A stretch of DNA of 64,000 nucleotides. Origin: an uncultured Planctomycetaceae bacterium. GTDB taxonomy: Bacteria > Planctomycetota > Planctomycetia > Planctomycetales > Planctomycetaceae. The notes beneath the pieces are model-generated. The model did no database searches, was not told the origin of the DNA, and saw nothing but the letters and a program-made list of their open reading frames with translations. A program made the position numbers and the translations under genes. Within the stretch, counting starts at the first letter, position 1. Every line of letters starts with the position of its first letter. This document shows, in pieces, positions 33,018 to 43,574 of the stretch. The stretch lies in the NCBI GenBank assembly GCA_963813715.1, contig CAWFAK010000012.1, positions 128,001 through 192,000 on the forward strand. The letters run 5' to 3'.

Positions 33018-33765
33018 TCAGACGGCCGCGGTGCGGGCCGGTTTCGTCGCCACCTGCCGGGCGCCGAGCCAGGCGGTGGCGAACGCGTAAAAATACCACC
33101 GCAGATATTTCGGAAGCCAATGGAGCACGCGAAAGCGGCTCTGCCCCGCCGTCCGCTCGTACCACTCGATCGGCACCTCGCCGATGGGCCAGCCCAGGCG
33201 ATGGCACTTCACCAAGAGTTCGATGCTGTAGGTAAAGCCGCTGTCGGACTCGACGGGAATTTCGTCGATCACCCGCCGCGAAAAGAGCCGCAGACCGTTG
33301 CTGGGGTCGCGAACGGGCAACCTGCGCGAGGTGGTACATCGTGAACGACGCGCCCCGCACGAGAAAGCCCTTGAGCCAGGGAGCGCCCACCATGCAGCCG
33401 CCGGGCACGAAGCGGCTGGCGACGACAATGTCGTACCCCTGCTCGGCCTTCTCGACCATGCCGTCGATGCGGCGGGCGTTGAACGTGTCGTCAGCCATGT
33501 AGACGAGCGCGAACGGGGCCGTGCTTTGGGAAAGGCCCGTCATCACGGCGCCGTGCGGGCCGCGGCCGCGGTTTTTCACGAACACAATTTCGACCGCGTC
33601 CCGCTTCGGGTAAGCGTTGATGGCCGGCAGCGTGCTGTCGTCGTCCCGGTCGTAGCAGATGAGGACGCGATGCGGGGTATGGACCTCGGCGACGAACGTG
33701 TCCAGGAGGCGAGTGATGTTCTCGCCTTCCTGATACACGGGGATCACGATGTCGAGTCGAGCCAT
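33018..33765 (-). CDS. Glycosyltransferase family 2 (polyprenol-phosphate sugar synthase-like), frameshifted near 33325
   Basis: IVIPVYQEGENI, MADD, VVASRFVPGG; the shifted frame continues DPSNGLRLFSR and EVPIEWYERTAGQSRF. Confidence 0.88.
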
Positions 33766-35025
33766 CAGTTGACCACGTCCACCGGACGCCCTTCCGCGGT
33801 CGACTTCCGCCAGAAGCCCCACACGTCGATCATCGGCTTGTTGCGGCGGTCGAGCTGGCGATACGCGGTGTGCGGCGTGCACAGGACCAATAGATCGCTC
33901 CGCTCGATAACGTCGTCGACCGGCAACAGCTCGGAATCGGTCGCCACGTACGGATCGGTGGTCAGCACGTCGGCCGCCACCAGCTTGAGCAGTTTTTTCA
34001 GCTTGTAACTGAGCGAGGAGCGGGTGTCGTCGCAGTCGGCCTTGAAGGCCATGCCCAACAGTCCGACCGTCATTTCGGACATAGGATATTTTCGCTTCAT
34101 CTCTTCGACGAGGTAGAGCACCAGCCCCTCGTTGACGAGCATGGCCGCGTGGCCCAGTGGAAACTGATTCTGCGAGAAGGCGGCCAGCTGCATCGTGTCT
34201 TTGACCAGGCAGGGACCCGCACTAAAGCCGGCCGTCGGCATCCCTTTGGCCCGCGGGTAATTCGCCTTCAGCCCCTCGAGCACGCGGTTGTAATCGACGC
34301 CGGCCGAGCTGGCGATCATGTAGAACTGGTTGGCGATGGCAAACTCGATGTAGCGATGTGCGTTGGTGAACAGCTTGGCGAACTCGGCCTCCATCGGTGC
34401 CAAGCGGCACGATCTGCGGCGCGATCGTGGCGAAGATTGCAGAGGCCGCCTCGGCGGCCGCGTCCGTCGTCCCGCTGACAATCTGAGGCAGCGTCTGCAG
34501 CTCGCGAACGGCGAAGCCCTGGACAATCCGCTCGGGACAGTAGGCGAGCAAGACGTCCTTGCCGCGACGGGTCAGGTAGCTCTCGAGCCACTGCGTCGTG
34601 CCCGGGTAAATCGTCGAGCGAAACACGAGCAACTGGCCCGGCGACAGATACTGCAGCGAATCGTCGGCCCACTGCTTGATGACCCGCGTCTCCGGGTTCA
34701 TGAACTCGTCGACCGGCGTGCCGATCGTCACGATCACCGTCGGCACGCCAGCGATGCTTTCGGCCGACGAGCTGAACGACAGACGATTAGCCTCGAGGGC
34801 TTGGTGCAGCAGGGGCTCGGCGTCGGCCTCGGCGAACGGCATCACGCCGTCCTGGATCCGCTTGAGCACCTCTCGGTTGAGATCGTAGATGCGGACCGAA
34901 TGCCCCTTGCTGGCCAGCACCAGGGCCAACGGCAGACCAACGTGGCCCGCTCCCCCCACGATGCAGATGCTGGGATCGCCGATCGGGGATCCTGGGGACG
35001 AAGATTGGCGTGGAGTGTCGGTCAT
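33765..35025 (-). CDS. Nucleotide-sugar dehydrogenase (UDP-glucose/GDP-mannose dehydrogenase family), frameshifted near 34400
   Basis: GGAGHVGLPLA, RSTIYPGTT, YCPERI, AEFAKLFTN, AGPCLVKD and GMAFKADCDDTRSS. Confidence 0.9.
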
Positions 35026-35208
35026 CGAAAGGAAGTCCTCGCGGTAACGGGCCGGACGGCGCAAAGGAGGAAGCGAGCGCCCCTCCCCGGCCGCGGTTTG
35101 CCGTCCCGCGGCTCGCCTGTTCGGCGACGAGATTCGTGCGAAATCCCAGATTCGCCCGAAATCTCAGTATAGCCGAGAGGCCGCCGCGGACTGCGACTGG
35201 CAACGCGG

Positions 35209-36000
35209 CTATTTTGAGGCGTGCTCGGTGGAGAGGGGCGGCTCGTGGATCTCGCGGATCCAGATGTTCCGAAACCGCACCGGATTGTGATGGAACTGCA
35301 ACTGCAGTTTCCCTTTGGGAGCATGCGGCTCGTAGTGCGGCGGCTGGTCGTAGAACGTGCTGCCCAAGAGTTCCGAATGGTTCTGGATCAGCACGCCATT
35401 CTGAAAGACCGTGACGTACCCCGGCTTCAGCAGCCGGCCCCCGTCGCCGAACCGCGGAGCGTTGAAGACGATGTCATACGTCTGCCATTCGCCCGGCTTG
35501 CGGCAGCAATTGACCATCGGCGGTTTCTGTTTGTAGATGCCGCCCGCCTGCCCGTCGAAATACGTCTTGTTGTTGTACGAATCGAGGATCTGAACCTCGT
35601 ACTTGTCCATCAAGTAAATGCCGCTGTTGCCACGCCCCTGCCCCGATCCGGAAACGACCGATGGCGTGGCCCATTCGACGTGCAGCTGGCAGTCGCCGAA
35701 TTCGTCTTTCGTTTTGATGTCGTGCCCGTGGGGAATGGCGTAGCCGTCTTTGATTTCCCATTTCTCGGCCCCCTCCCACTTGGAGAGGTCCTTGCCGTCG
35801 AAGAGGATGATCGCATCCGACGGCGGCTCGCCGCACTGGGCTCCCGGCTCGATCACCTTGGGCTCGAGCCACTTGATGCCGCTTTCGTATTCCTTGGCGT
35901 ACGCCGTCACGAAAGCCACCAGGCCGATCGCCAGACAGGCGACCGAACCAAACCTTGCCGACCGCCCGATCAACGTCCGAAACGCACGGATGCCACTCAT
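35209..36000 (-). CDS. DUF1080 (3-keto-disaccharide hydrolase-like) protein
   Basis: [33 protein letters not shown] and [16 protein letters not shown]. Real start is ATG 36000, not the 36840 ORF start. Confidence 0.88.
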   Translation of the reverse strand: MSGIRAFRTLIGRSARFGSVACLAIGLVAFVTAYAKEYESGIKWLEPKVIEPGAQCGEPPSDAIILFDGKDLSKWEGAEKWEIKDGYAIPHGHDIKTKDEFGDCQLHVEWATPSVVSGSGQGRGNSGIYLMDKYEVQILDSYNNKTYFDGQAGGIYKQKPPMVNCCRKPGEWQTYDIVFNAPRFGDGGRLLKPGYVTVFQNGVLIQNHSELLGSTFYDQPPHYEPHAPKGKLQLQFHHNPVRFRNIWIREIHEPPLSTEHASK

Positions 36001-36380
36001 CGTTTCCCCCATCAGCCCCGCAGAATTTTGGTCTTCGTCCCCGAGGCCGCCGCCGGCCCGGCACTGCGATCGTATCGCCGGAGGCGCGCGGCTTCCACGC
36101 CGGGGCACCCGATGCGTTTTCCGCCAACAGGCCGTGTCTCGGCGACCTCGGCTGCGTTCCTTCTTCGCCGGCGGGTCCGGCTTGAACAGATTTCGCGTTC
36201 TCATTTTGGAGCCCGCGGGCGGGTCGACCTGAAGAAGGCAGTGGGACTGAGCTCGCATCGCGACGGGCGGTCGCCGAGCCGTCGCAGTGGCGAATAATTC
36301 ATCGCCGCCAGCGAGTGTTTGAGCGGCTCTGGGTGGAGCCTGAAAGCAAGCTCCCCGCGCGGTGCCGACGATCGCGTTGT

Positions 36381-36756
36381 CTAGCGGCGTTGCCGCGGAG
36401 CCGCGAGCTCGCGCTCGACCCGATGCAACAAAAACCAGGCGCCCAATGGCACTGCTTCCAGACCGACAAAAATCCCCGCGAGCCAAGGCTTTTCCCAGAT
36501 CGCGTAGCCCACGACGTGGTGCGCGTTTCGGCAGCTGAGCCAGGCCTTCGACGGCCAATCTCACGGCCAAGGCTCGTCTGCCCAGGCCGGTGGTGCTCAC
36601 CGCCCCCAACACTTCGTAACCGGGTTGTGCGTCGGGCTCGGTGTACTTGGCGTAGCTGGCCGCAGCGATCGACCAGGACAACAGCGCAAACGCGAGAGCC
36701 AGCACCAAACAGGTGCGGGTGTGAGTCCAGAAACCCGTAGGGGAATGGTCGACCAT
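36381..36756 (-). CDS. Hypothetical membrane protein, probable frameshift near 36528
   Basis: TM segment [18 protein letters not shown]; the shifted frame reads [21 protein letters not shown]...QRR to TAG. Confidence 0.5.
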
Positions 36757-36856
36757 GGGCTCACCGGGGTTTGCGCGAGAGACGGTCGAATCGAGCCAAG
36801 AGACTGAGCACCGGCGATGGCCGGCGTACCCACTCGGCAACGGCCTCGACAGTCAG

Positions 36857-36942
36857 TGCCGGAGGAGGGACTCGAACCCACACACCCAGTTACGGATACT
36901 GGATTTTGAATCCAGCGCGTCTGCCAATTCCGCCACTCCGGC
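36857..36942 (-). tRNA. tRNA-Leu(CAA)
   Basis: GCCGGAGTGGCGGAATTGGCAGACGCGCTGGATTCAAAATCCAG...GGTTCGAGTCCCTCCTCCGGCA; anticodon CAA, long variable arm, CCA not encoded. Confidence 0.95.
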
Positions 36943-37231
36943 CTGATCGTCGCCCCTGCGGGCGACTCGACGTTGCGAAACTACAGCCCCTCGCCTGCCG
37001 GCGTCAACTGACTTAGCCCAATTGCTGATTGGCTGATTGCCTGTCCCACCCGGTCGCCAACTGCCTTCCGGAAACTTCTTCCGTGCTCCACAACGACTCG
37101 TCGAGCATCGCTCTACTCTCGCTCGCTGCGACCGGGACCGGACTTCCGCCCGCGGTGGCCTTACTCACCGCTTTCCGCTAACGTCGAGTGGCAACAGACT
37201 CCGGACCGAATCCTGGCCCTGTGCCGCATCG

Positions 37232-38041
37232 ATGGACCCGCTCGCCCGACTCCACGACCGCCTCGCGCCGCTCAAGGCGGCCCTGCTCGACCATCCGGTC
37301 TACCAGGCGATCGACTCTCTGCCCGCCTTGCACGTCTTCATGGAGCACCACGTCTTTGCCGTGTGGGATTTCATGTCCCTGCTCAAATCGTTGCAGCGGC
37401 GGCTCTCGGGCGTCGACGTTCCCTGGCTCCCCGGCGACAACCGGCTGGGCTGCCGCTTCATCAACGAAATCGTGCTGGCCGAAGAGAGCGATGAGGATGG
37501 ACAAGGCGCGTTCTGCAGCCACTTCGAGCTCTATCGCCGGGCGATGAAGCAGTCCGGAGCCAGCACGCTTGGCATTGACGGTTTGCTGGCGGCGCTCCGC
37601 CAGGGTCAGCCGCTGGCCGACGCCCTCGCCGCCGCAGAGGTCGCGCCGGCCGCACGCTCGTTCGTGCAGACAACGTTCGAGATCCTCGACGCTGGCAACC
37701 TCTGCGCCATCGCCTCGGCCTTCACGTTCGGTCGCGAGGATCTGCTCCCTGCGCTCTTTCAACGGATCGTTGACGAACTGAATCTCGAAACCGGCGGCGG
37801 CCTCGAATTGTTCCGCTACTATCTCAATCGGCACATCGGTTTGGACGGCGACGAACACGGCCCGATGGCCGGCCGGCTCATGCAATCGCTGTGCGGCAGC
37901 GACGAATCCCTCTGGGCGATTGCTGAACAAACGGCGACCAAGTCGCTGGAGGCGCGGCACGCGCTTTGGGACGGGATTTACGCAGCGATACAAACCCGAA
38001 AAGCAACGGATCGCACTGCCCCGACTCAAAGCAGTTGGTGA
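37232..38041 (+). CDS. DUF3050 domain protein
   Basis: [45 protein letters not shown] and [12 protein letters not shown]. Confidence 0.88.
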   Translation: MDPLARLHDRLAPLKAALLDHPVYQAIDSLPALHVFMEHHVFAVWDFMSLLKSLQRRLSGVDVPWLPGDNRLGCRFINEIVLAEESDEDGQGAFCSHFELYRRAMKQSGASTLGIDGLLAALRQGQPLADALAAAEVAPAARSFVQTTFEILDAGNLCAIASAFTFGREDLLPALFQRIVDELNLETGGGLELFRYYLNRHIGLDGDEHGPMAGRLMQSLCGSDESLWAIAEQTATKSLEARHALWDGIYAAIQTRKATDRTAPTQSSW

Positions 38042-38549
38042 TCCGGATTTGCCCGACTGACCGGGTATCGGGAGCGCTGCCTGAATTTCCCCCAAACGCA
38101 GCCTGAATTCGCCCGCTGAAAGGTCCTCGAACCGCCGGCATTCGGCTTGACCTCGGCGCGTGCCTTTTCTTAAAACTCTGCAAGCCGCGACCCCCCGAAG
38201 CAACGGATTGCCTAGCCACGATGAGCGATTCGCCGACCCTGACGGTTGGTGCGCTCTCAACCGCCGACTGGCTGCCTGAAGAGCCGTCGGATCGGTTGAC
38301 CGGTTGCCCGCGCGTTCTGAGCGCGCGGCGGTCGGGTTCCTCGCGCGCCCTCCTCACAATCGCCCCTCGAAGCCGAATCTTGCCCCCCGGGCACGACACT
38401 GAGAATTCATCAGGTCGGCATTTTCGCCAGCACTGAGTTCATCAGGGCCATGATGGACGCGGTTCAACCGAGCCGCGGCCCATTCACCTAATCACCTCGA
38501 GCATTTCTTAGAGCGGGGCGGCAGCCTGCCGTCCTGCGGATCGAACACG

Positions 38550-39917
38550 ATGCGCCTTGATGCCCCCAAATTTCTATTCCGTGCCTCGGTTTGCCTGTGC
38601 TTTTTTGCCTACGGAGTGGTGACAGCCTATTTCCGCGTCTTTCCCTTCTCCGTCCTGCACAACGCCCACGAGGCCGTGCTGGCGATCGCCCGCACCAACG
38701 ACGACGCCGAGTTCCGCGAGCCGGCCGATCTCAAGGACATCGCCGAGCCGACGGTGCACCACTACTCGCCCGCCTGCGGAACCGAGTTGCTGCTGGTCTC
38801 GGGCGGCGAAAATTACCTGAAGGACCAGAGCGCGGGACACGGGTGCCTGGCTTGGATCATGGATCGCCAGGGCCACGTGAAGCACGTCTGGCAGTACGAT
38901 CCGGGGCTCTGGTCGCAACTCGACGGCGTCGCGATCACTCCGGGAAGGTCGGCGAGAGTCTATCCCGTCGGTTTGCACCTCTATCCGGACGGCGGCCTGC
39001 TGGTGAGCTTTCAGGGCTGGTACACGTTCCCGGTCGGCATCGGACTCGCCCGGTTCGACAAAGACTCGAACCTGATGTGGAAGAAGGAGCTGCACACTCA
39101 TCACTGGTTCACCGTCGCCGACGACGGCCGGATTTACGCGCTCAAGTCCCGCGTCGTCGACTCGCCTCGGCCAGTCGGCGAGACGCGGTTCTCTCTGTCC
39201 TCCGGCGCAGCCAAGATCCTCGATGACGCCGTCGTGATCCTCGACGCGGACGGCAACGTGCTCGAAGAGATTCCTCTGCTCGACGCGCTGGTGCAGTCCG
39301 GTTACCAGGGGCTGCTAGCCGCCCGCGCCGGTTCCGATTGGGACAGCCAAGAGACCTGCGTGATTATGGATCAGGATCCGACGCACCTGAACGGCATTCA
39401 GCTCGTAAATGCCGCGGTCGCCGCAAAACACCCGTGGTTGCGGGCCGGCGACCTGTTGCTCTCGATGCGGAGCCTCAATGCGGTCGGCATCCTCGATCCT
39501 CACACGCGGAAGTTCAAATGGATGTCGGCGGGGACGACGGTCATGCAGCACAGCCCCTTGTTTCACGGCGACGGCGTGCTGGTCTTCGACAACCGCGGCG
39601 GCTCGATTGCAACTGGAGGCTCGCGCCTCGTGCAGATCGATCTGGAAACTCGCGGTTCCCAAGTCGTCTTCCCCGACCCGGCCGCGTCGTTGCCCGGAGC
39701 TTTTTATACGGGAGTGGCCGGCCACCTCGATCTGAGCGGCGATGGCCGAGTCTTGGTGACTTTGTCCAAGGCGCAAAAAGTCTGGGAAATCAATCTGAAG
39801 ACCGGGGCCGTGCTGTGGGAGTACGTTTGCGTCGATCCCGAACACCGCCGGCGCCGTGAATTGCTCACCGCCGAGTACGTGCGGCACATCGATTTTCCGA
39901 TGAATAAAAGCCAATAA
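38550..39917 (+). CDS. Arylsulfotransferase (ASST) family protein with N-terminal membrane anchor
   Basis: TM segment at residues ~8-32; HHWF, DPTHLNGI, LLSMRSLN, QHSP and VFDN motifs of ASST beta-propellers. Confidence 0.8.
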   Translation: MRLDAPKFLFRASVCLCFFAYGVVTAYFRVFPFSVLHNAHEAVLAIARTNDDAEFREPADLKDIAEPTVHHYSPACGTELLLVSGGENYLKDQSAGHGCLAWIMDRQGHVKHVWQYDPGLWSQLDGVAITPGRSARVYPVGLHLYPDGGLLVSFQGWYTFPVGIGLARFDKDSNLMWKKELHTHHWFTVADDGRIYALKSRVVDSPRPVGETRFSLSSGAAKILDDAVVILDADGNVLEEIPLLDALVQSGYQGLLAARAGSDWDSQETCVIMDQDPTHLNGIQLVNAAVAAKHPWLRAGDLLLSMRSLNAVGILDPHTRKFKWMSAGTTVMQHSPLFHGDGVLVFDNRGGSIATGGSRLVQIDLETRGSQVVFPDPAASLPGAFYTGVAGHLDLSGDGRVLVTLSKAQKVWEINLKTGAVLWEYVCVDPEHRRRRELLTAEYVRHIDFPMNKSQ

Positions 39918-39957
39918 CCTCGCCAAGTTTGAACAGTCGGGCCTGAAGGAACATGTC

Positions 39958-40266
39958 GTGACACGGAAGTCATTTTTGCCTGCGATGGCCGTGCTGGCCG
40001 TCGCGATCTGTGTGGTTGGATTGCCACCCTCTGCGGCACAGGCGGCTGCGACCGGGCCCCCTCTGGTCGCCTACATCGGTCCCGGTGCGGGGCTGGGATT
40101 CCTTGGCAGCCTGCTCGCCGTCCTGATGGTTGTCTTCCTGGGTGTGGCAGGACTGATTCTTTATCCGGTGAAGCTCGCGATCCGCTGGCTGCGCAGGGCT
40201 CGCGCGACGAGCCGTGCAGCGACGCCGTTCGACGCTTCTTCGCTGCTTCGTTCCGGGCGCGCTTGA
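39958..40266 (+). CDS. Small membrane protein with AYIGPGAG motif
   Basis: Signal-like N-terminus, AYIGPGAG, a TM helix and a basic tail. Confidence 0.7.
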   Translation: MTRKSFLPAMAVLAVAICVVGLPPSAAQAAATGPPLVAYIGPGAGLGFLGSLLAVLMVVFLGVAGLILYPVKLAIRWLRRARATSRAATPFDASSLLRSGRA

Positions 40267-40274
40267 GGTCGCCC

Positions 40275-40693
40275 ATGAACGCCATGGATCTGGCTGCAAT
40301 CGGAGAAGGACTGGCCGCGGGCTTGATCGCCGGAGTGCTATTTCAGTGGGTCGGCTCGCGGATGCCGCGAATCGACTTCTGGAAGCCGGCGGCCGCTTTC
40401 GCCGCTCGCTCGTGGCGGTCCAAGATGACGACTTTTTCGCCCGCTACGCCGAACTGCTCAAACTGCTCGCGCTCTACCTGCGGCGCCAGGCCCTCGTCCT
40501 CGTTTTGCCCGTCGCCGTCGTCACGGGCGCCCTCTTGTTTCCGCCGCCGGAGACGGAGGCGCGAACGCCGGTTGACACGCCCGCCCGGATGATGAGTTGG
40601 ACGGCTCCGCTGCAGGCCGTCGAGCTCACCTCTCTGGTGAGCGTCTGCGTCGGCTCCGGCATCGGCATGGCCTTATTGCGGAAGCGGACGTGA
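40275..40693 (+). CDS. Hypothetical membrane protein, frameshifted near 40405
   Basis: GAGG ribosome-binding site; about three hydrophobic segments across ORFs 40263 and 40214; stop overlaps the next GTG. Confidence 0.6.
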
Positions 40694-41866
40694 ATCTCAG
40701 CCGCACCGACTATTGGCTGGCCCGTCTGGCGCACGCCGGTGCGGACCTCTTCGAGTCGGTGGGAAACGTCGAATCGTCGATCCTGAGGCGACGCCTGGAT
40801 GCAATTCCGCTCGAGGCGCCGATTTTCGTCTGCGGCCTGGCGCGCTCGGGCACGACGATCCTGCTGCAAGAGCTGTCGCAGATGCCGAACGTCGCCACCC
40901 ATCGGTATCGCGATTTCCCCTTCCTGATGACCCCCTGGATTCTGGAGCCGCCTGGTCAATTGGGGCCGGGACAGCGCGGAGCGGCCGGCGACCGAACGGC
41001 CGCATCAGGACCGGATTCGCATCTCGGCCGAAAGTCCCGAAGCCTTCGAAGAGCCGCTCTGGCAATTCTTCTTTCCCCAACTGCATGGGGCCCAGTCATT
41101 GCATCGACTGACGGGCGAACGGCGTTCAGCCGAGTTCGACGCTTTCTTCCGCGACCACATCCGCAAGATTCTGCTGCTCCGCGACGGCCGCCGCTATCTC
41201 TCCAAGGGCAACTACAACGTTGCCCGGCTCGAGTACCTGGCCGCCCTCTTTCCCGATGCCCGCTTCGTGATCCCGATCCGGCACCCCTTCACGCACGTCC
41301 AATCGCTCGTGCGGCAACACGCCCTCTTCACCGCGTATGCCCAGCGCGACCCGCGCGTGCCCCACTACCTGCGAGCCGCCGGCCACTATGAATTCGGCCC
41401 GCAACGCGTGCCGATCCGCCTGACGCACGAGGCCGGCGACCGCATTCGCGACGCCTGGCACGGCAGCGACAACGCGACGGGCTACGCCATCCAATGGGCC
41501 GAAATCTACGGCTTCGCCCACGCGCTGCTCTCCGGCAATGACGATCTGGCCGAACGCACGTTCGTCATCCGCTACGAAGACTTCTGCGATCGCCCGGCCG
41601 AGGTCATGTCCGCCGTCTGCCGACACGCCCAGCTCGAACCTCTGGTGAAGAATGGACCGCCTGCCCTCGAGCACATCGTGGCGTCACCTCACGATTCGCT
41701 CGAACTCCCGGATGGCTTCTGCGAGACGGTATGGCGCGAAACCGGCTCGGTGGCGAAACGCTTCGGCTATTCGCCCACGGGCCGTCATCCGGCTAGCGCC
41801 CGCGACGAGCAGAAAACGGACGCCCTATCTCGGCTCGCTGCGGAACGCCAATTGGCCGCGTCTTAA
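40690..41866 (+). CDS. PAPS-dependent sulfotransferase family protein, frameshifted near 40945
   Basis: PIFVCGLARSGTTIL (5'-PSB loop), FPDARFVIPIRHP..HVQSL (3'-PB) and IRYEDFC. Confidence 0.85.
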
Positions 41867-42119
41867 GGGCGCTGGCTCGGGGGACCGCTGATTTTGCTGG
41901 TGTTGACTCGATTCTCGATCCCACACGCCAGACCGCAGTTACCCCACCACTTAGCGAGCCGACGATCCACGCTCGCGGCAGTGCCGCAAAGCATGGCGGG
42001 GCTTGAAGATTGTGTCCGCGCGAACCTGCCCTGACCTTGCCGGTCTTATCCGTTATCCTACGATTCAAATTGCCGGTCCCCTTCTGTCCGTTGCGTCCTC
42101 TTGCGCTCGGGGTGATTCC

Positions 42120-43574
42120 ATGCTCGACGTCAATCGTCAGTTTCGCGTGCCCGCCATTCGGACGGAGTTGCCGGGGCCCAAGGCGCGGCGGATGGTTGAG
42201 CGGGATGAGCGGGTCACCTCGCCGTCGTACACGCGGGTTTATCCGCTGGTTGTGGCTCGTGGCGAAGGGGCGATGATTGAAGACGTCGACGGAAATCGGT
42301 TTCTCGATTTCAACGCGGGCATCGCCGTCTGCTCGACCGGGCATTGTCATCCGCGGGTCGTCGAGGCGATTCAGCGGCAGGCGGCCAACCTGCTGCACAT
42401 GTCGGGGACCGACTTTTATTACCCGACTGAAGTCGAGCTGGCCGAAAAGTTGACGCAGATTACGCCGGGCAAGTTCGCTAAGCGGGTCTTCTTCACGAAT
42501 TCGGGGACGGAATCGGTCGAGGCGGCGATCAAGCTGGCGCGGTATCACACGCGGCGGCAGAACATGATCGCGTTCTACGGCTGCTTTCACGGCCGCACAA
42601 TGGGCGCGGTTTCGCTCACGTCCAGCAAGGTCACGCAGCGACGCGGCTTCGGACCGCTCCTGCCGGGAGTGATTCACGTGCCGTACGCCGATTGCCGCGG
42701 CGGGAAGCACACGCCCGGAAGCGGCGCCGGCACGATTGAGATGATCGAAAAGACGCTCTTCCGCAAGCTGGTCGCCCCGGACGAGGTGGCGGCGATCTTC
42801 GTCGAGCCGATCCAGGGCGAGGGCGGATACCTGGTGCCGCCGCCCGAGTTTCATCGCGAGCTGCGAGCCCTGTGCGATCGGCACGGCATTCTGTTCGTCG
42901 CGGATGAAATTCAGTCGGGAATGGGGCGCACCGGAAAAATGTGCGCGATCGAGCATTGGGGCGTCGAGCCGGACATCATTTGCTTGGCGAAAGGAATTGC
43001 GTCGGGGATGCCGCTGGGGGCGATCGTCGCTCGCGCGGACTTGATGGATTGGCCGCCCGGGGCGCACGCCAGCACGTTCGGCGGCAACCCGGTGGCCTGC
43101 GCGGCGGCGCTCGAGACGATCGCCCTGCTCGAAGACGGACTGATGGAAAACGCGGCCCGCCAGGGAGCCTTCCTGTTGGCCGAGTTAGAGAAACTCAAAC
43201 GCAAGCACTCGGCAATCGGCGACGTGCGGGGCAAGGGACTGATGATCGGCTTCGACCTGGTGGCGGCCGACGGCTCGCCCGCTCCCGACGAGGCCGAGAG
43301 TCTCGTGCAAGCCTGTTTCCACAAAGGCCTGCTCCTGTTGCGCTGCGGCGAGAGTGCGATCCGGATCTGCCCGCCGCTCGTGGTCACGCAGGAGCACTGC
43401 GAGACGGCGCTGGCCATCATGTCCGAATGCCTGGGCGCGTTGGGCGGTGCCCCGGCTGGCCGCAGCAAGGGTGCAGCGATTGCCTCTCAGCCGTCGAAGT
43501 CGCCGTCGCCGACCGGCGATCAGAGCGGGAATCGACGCACTAGTAAAGGTGCAGCGAAACGCCGTTCCAAGTGA
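42120..43574 (+). CDS. Class III PLP aminotransferase (4-aminobutyrate/acetylornithine family)
   Basis: NSGTESVEAAIK, FHGRT, EPIQGEGG, DEIQSGMGRTG, AKGIASG and STFGGNP. Confidence 0.92.
   Translation: MLDVNRQFRVPAIRTELPGPKARRMVERDERVTSPSYTRVYPLVVARGEGAMIEDVDGNRFLDFNAGIAVCSTGHCHPRVVEAIQRQAANLLHMSGTDFYYPTEVELAEKLTQITPGKFAKRVFFTNSGTESVEAAIKLARYHTRRQNMIAFYGCFHGRTMGAVSLTSSKVTQRRGFGPLLPGVIHVPYADCRGGKHTPGSGAGTIEMIEKTLFRKLVAPDEVAAIFVEPIQGEGGYLVPPPEFHRELRALCDRHGILFVADEIQSGMGRTGKMCAIEHWGVEPDIICLAKGIASGMPLGAIVARADLMDWPPGAHASTFGGNPVACAAALETIALLEDGLMENAARQGAFLLAELEKLKRKHSAIGDVRGKGLMIGFDLVAADGSPAPDEAESLVQACFHKGLLLLRCGESAIRICPPLVVTQEHCETALAIMSECLGALGGAPAGRSKGAAIASQPSKSPSPTGDQSGNRRTSKGAAKRRSK

Noticed and set aside
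35209..36840. 543-aa ORF suggesting a membrane protein-DUF1080 fusion
   Set aside because: The middle is non-protein-like read-through; better explained as two genes (36381-36756 and 35209-36000).
36857..41866. Genomic island integrated at tRNA-Leu
   Set aside because: No integrase and no duplicated tRNA 3' end found; the cassette lies on the tRNA's 5' side.
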